This document shows, one piece after another, positions 62,573 through 64,000 of a DNA stretch of 64,000 nucleotides. This DNA is from an uncultured Gammaproteobacteria bacterium (GTDB lineage: Bacteria; Pseudomonadota; Gammaproteobacteria; Pseudomonadales; Halieaceae): positions 57,684 to 121,683 of the forward strand of contig CAVPIH010000018.1 in NCBI GenBank assembly GCA_963704965.1, in the 5' to 3' direction. A model generated the notes under the pieces. The model was not told where the DNA came from. It did no database searches and saw only the letters and a list, made by a program, of their open reading frames with translations. Position numbers and translations under genes: made by a program. The stretch's first letter is position 1. Each line of letters opens with the position of its first letter.

Positions 62573-64000
62573 ATGCAGCTCACCAGCATGGTCGACTATG
62601 AAAACGTGGATGGGGTGGCCGTGCTTACGCTGGACAACCCACCGGTAAACGCCCTCAGCCAGGGCGTCCGCCAGGGCCTGCTGGAGGGTGTGGCCAAGGC
62701 GGTGGCGGACGATTCGGTACAGGCCATCCTGATTATCTGCGCGGGCAAAACCTTTATTGCCGGCGCGGACATTACCGAGTTCGCCAGCGGGCCCGCGGAG
62801 CCGGGCCTGCACGCGGTCCTGGCAAGCATAGACAATGCCTCCAAGCCCGTCATTGCCGCCATCCATGGCACCGCCCTGGGGGGTGGCCTGGAGACGGCGC
62901 TGTGCTGCCATTACCGGGTGGCGGTGCCCCAGGCCAGGCTGGGCCTGCCGGAGGTAAACCTGGGCCTGTTGCCCGGCGCGGGTGGCACCCAGCGCCTGCC
63001 CCGGGTGGTCGGCGTGGAAAAAGCGCTGCAAATGGTCACCTCGGGGGCGCCGATCAGCGCTGCCGAGGCGCTGGAGGCCGGGCTGGTGGACCGGGTTGTG
63101 GAGGGCGACCTGCGCGAGGATGCGCTGGCCTTCGCCAGGGAAATCATTGCCCGGGGCGAGCCACTGCCGCGCATCCGCGACCGCGACGACAAACTGCAGG
63201 CGGCCCGCGATAATCCCGCCGTATTCGAGCAGTTCCGCCGGGGCATTGCTCGCAAAACCCGGGGTTTTCTCGCCCCCGAATACAATATTCGCTGCATCGA
63301 GGCGGCGGTAAACCAGCCCTTCGACGAGGGCATGAAAACCGAGTCCAAACTGTTCAGGGAGTTGCTGCAGGGCCCGCAGTCCGCGGCCCAGCAGTACTTT
63401 TTCTTCGCCGAGCGCCAGGCGGCGAAAATTCCCGATATCGACCGGGATACGCCCGAGATACCCATTGCCGCGGTGGGCGTGATCGGCGCGGGCACCATGG
63501 GTGGCGGCATCGCCATGAACATGGCCAATGTGGGTATCCCGGTCACCATCGTCGAGACCAGCCAGGAGGCGCTGGACCGGGGCCTGGGGGTGATCCGCAG
63601 GAACTACGAGAACACGGCCAGCAAGGGCCGCATCAGCGCCGCGGACGTGGAACAGCGCATGGGCCTGATAAGCGGGTCGCTGCAGCTGGAGGACCTGGCG
63701 AACTGCGACCTGGTCATCGAGGCCGTGTTCGAGAACATGGAGGTGAAAAAAGCTATCTTCGGGCGCCTGGAAGCCATCGTGAAACCCGGCGCGATACTCG
63801 CGTCCAATACCTCCGCCCTGGACCTCAACGAGATGGCCGCCGCGACCGCGCGCCCCGAGGCGGTGATAGGGCTGCACTTCTTTTCGCCGGCCAACGTGAT
63901 GAAGCTGCTGGAAGTGGTGCGCGGCGACGCCACCGCCAAAGCGGTGATCAAGACCTGCATGGCCTTTGCCAAACGAATCAAAAAGGTCCCGGTACTGGTG
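62573..64000 (+). CDS. FadB/FadJ-like multifunctional enoyl-CoA hydratase / 3-hydroxyacyl-CoA dehydrogenase, C-terminus beyond the window
   Basis: My own translation from the ATG at 62573 (AAGGGAGA upstream) gives MQLTSMVDYENVDGVAVLTLDNPPVNAL...AIHGTALGGGLETALCCHYRVA, a crotonase domain. It is followed by VGVIGAGTMGGGIAMN...NTSALD...GLHFFSPANVMKLLEVV, a 3HCDH domain. The frame stays open to 64000, so it is not in the ORF track. Confidence 0.88.
   Translation, partial: MQLTSMVDYENVDGVAVLTLDNPPVNALSQGVRQGLLEGVAKAVADDSVQAILIICAGKTFIAGADITEFASGPAEPGLHAVLASIDNASKPVIAAIHGTALGGGLETALCCHYRVAVPQARLGLPEVNLGLLPGAGGTQRLPRVVGVEKALQMVTSGAPISAAEALEAGLVDRVVEGDLREDALAFAREIIARGEPLPRIRDRDDKLQAARDNPAVFEQFRRGIARKTRGFLAPEYNIRCIEAAVNQPFDEGMKTESKLFRELLQGPQSAAQQYFFFAERQAAKIPDIDRDTPEIPIAAVGVIGAGTMGGGIAMNMANVGIPVTIVETSQEALDRGLGVIRRNYENTASKGRISAADVEQRMGLISGSLQLEDLANCDLVIEAVFENMEVKKAIFGRLEAIVKPGAILASNTSALDLNEMAAATARPEAVIGLHFFSPANVMKLLEVVRGDATAKAVIKTCMAFAKRIKKVPVLV

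Noticed and set aside
1-64000. A search for tRNA, rRNA, CRISPR arrays, IS elements, integrases, prophage genes or recognisable anti-phage defence genes
   Set aside because: By eye I saw no T-loop or acceptor-stem-like sequences, no regularly spaced repeats, no transposase, integrase or recombinase-like ORFs, and no nuclease/ATPase defence-type gene pairs. GC content and codon style look uniform. A tRNAscan/Infernal/ISfinder/DefenseFinder run is needed to confirm these negatives.

Overview
GC-rich (about 60-65% by eye), gene-dense chromosomal segment. The gene content looks like a marine or environmental Gammaproteobacterium, but that is inference only. I support about 54 protein-coding genes. 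By eye I found no rRNA, tRNA, CRISPR array, transposase, integrase or prophage genes. The track's many long 'antisense' ORFs are the usual artefact of high-GC DNA. Gene content is mainly lipid/xenobiotic catabolism and envelope functions. (1) There are four ANL-family acyl-CoA ligases, two crotonases, four acyl-CoA dehydrogenases, a FadB-like multifunctional enzyme and an acetyl-CoA hydrolase/transferase. (2) There are five GST-fold genes: three paralogous long GST-like proteins with a C-terminal extension, one canonical GST, and one Xi-class glutathionyl-hydroquinone reductase. (3) A Baeyer-Villiger monooxygenase sits next to a divergent AraC regulator. (4) Also present are a haloalkane-dehalogenase-like hydrolase, an MBL-fold hydrolase, a Cys-type sulfatase, a TonB-dependent receptor, an MFP-RND efflux pair, and an ABC-2/GldG-like/DUF4340 transporter whose permease and GldG parts are fused. 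(5) Other notable genes are a rifampin-phosphotransferase-like PEP-utilising enzyme, a secreted EEP-family enzyme coupled to a DUF5329-like protein, a two-lobed retropepsin-like protease with a PDZ domain, a CDP-archaeol-synthase-like membrane protein, and a lipoprotein fusing a parallel beta-helix to a diheme c-type cytochrome. The main signal not explained by gene calls is a 19-bp palindrome, ATGGCA-N7-TGCCAT, found in four AT-rich promoter regions. These four sites lie upstream of transcription units that contain all three long GST-like paralogs, a TetR gene, the TonB-dependent receptor and several hydrolases. I propose this as a candidate uncharacterised regulon, an uptake plus GST-like/hydrolase module. 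Every functional call comes from motif recognition in the translated ORFs, and no database search was possible.
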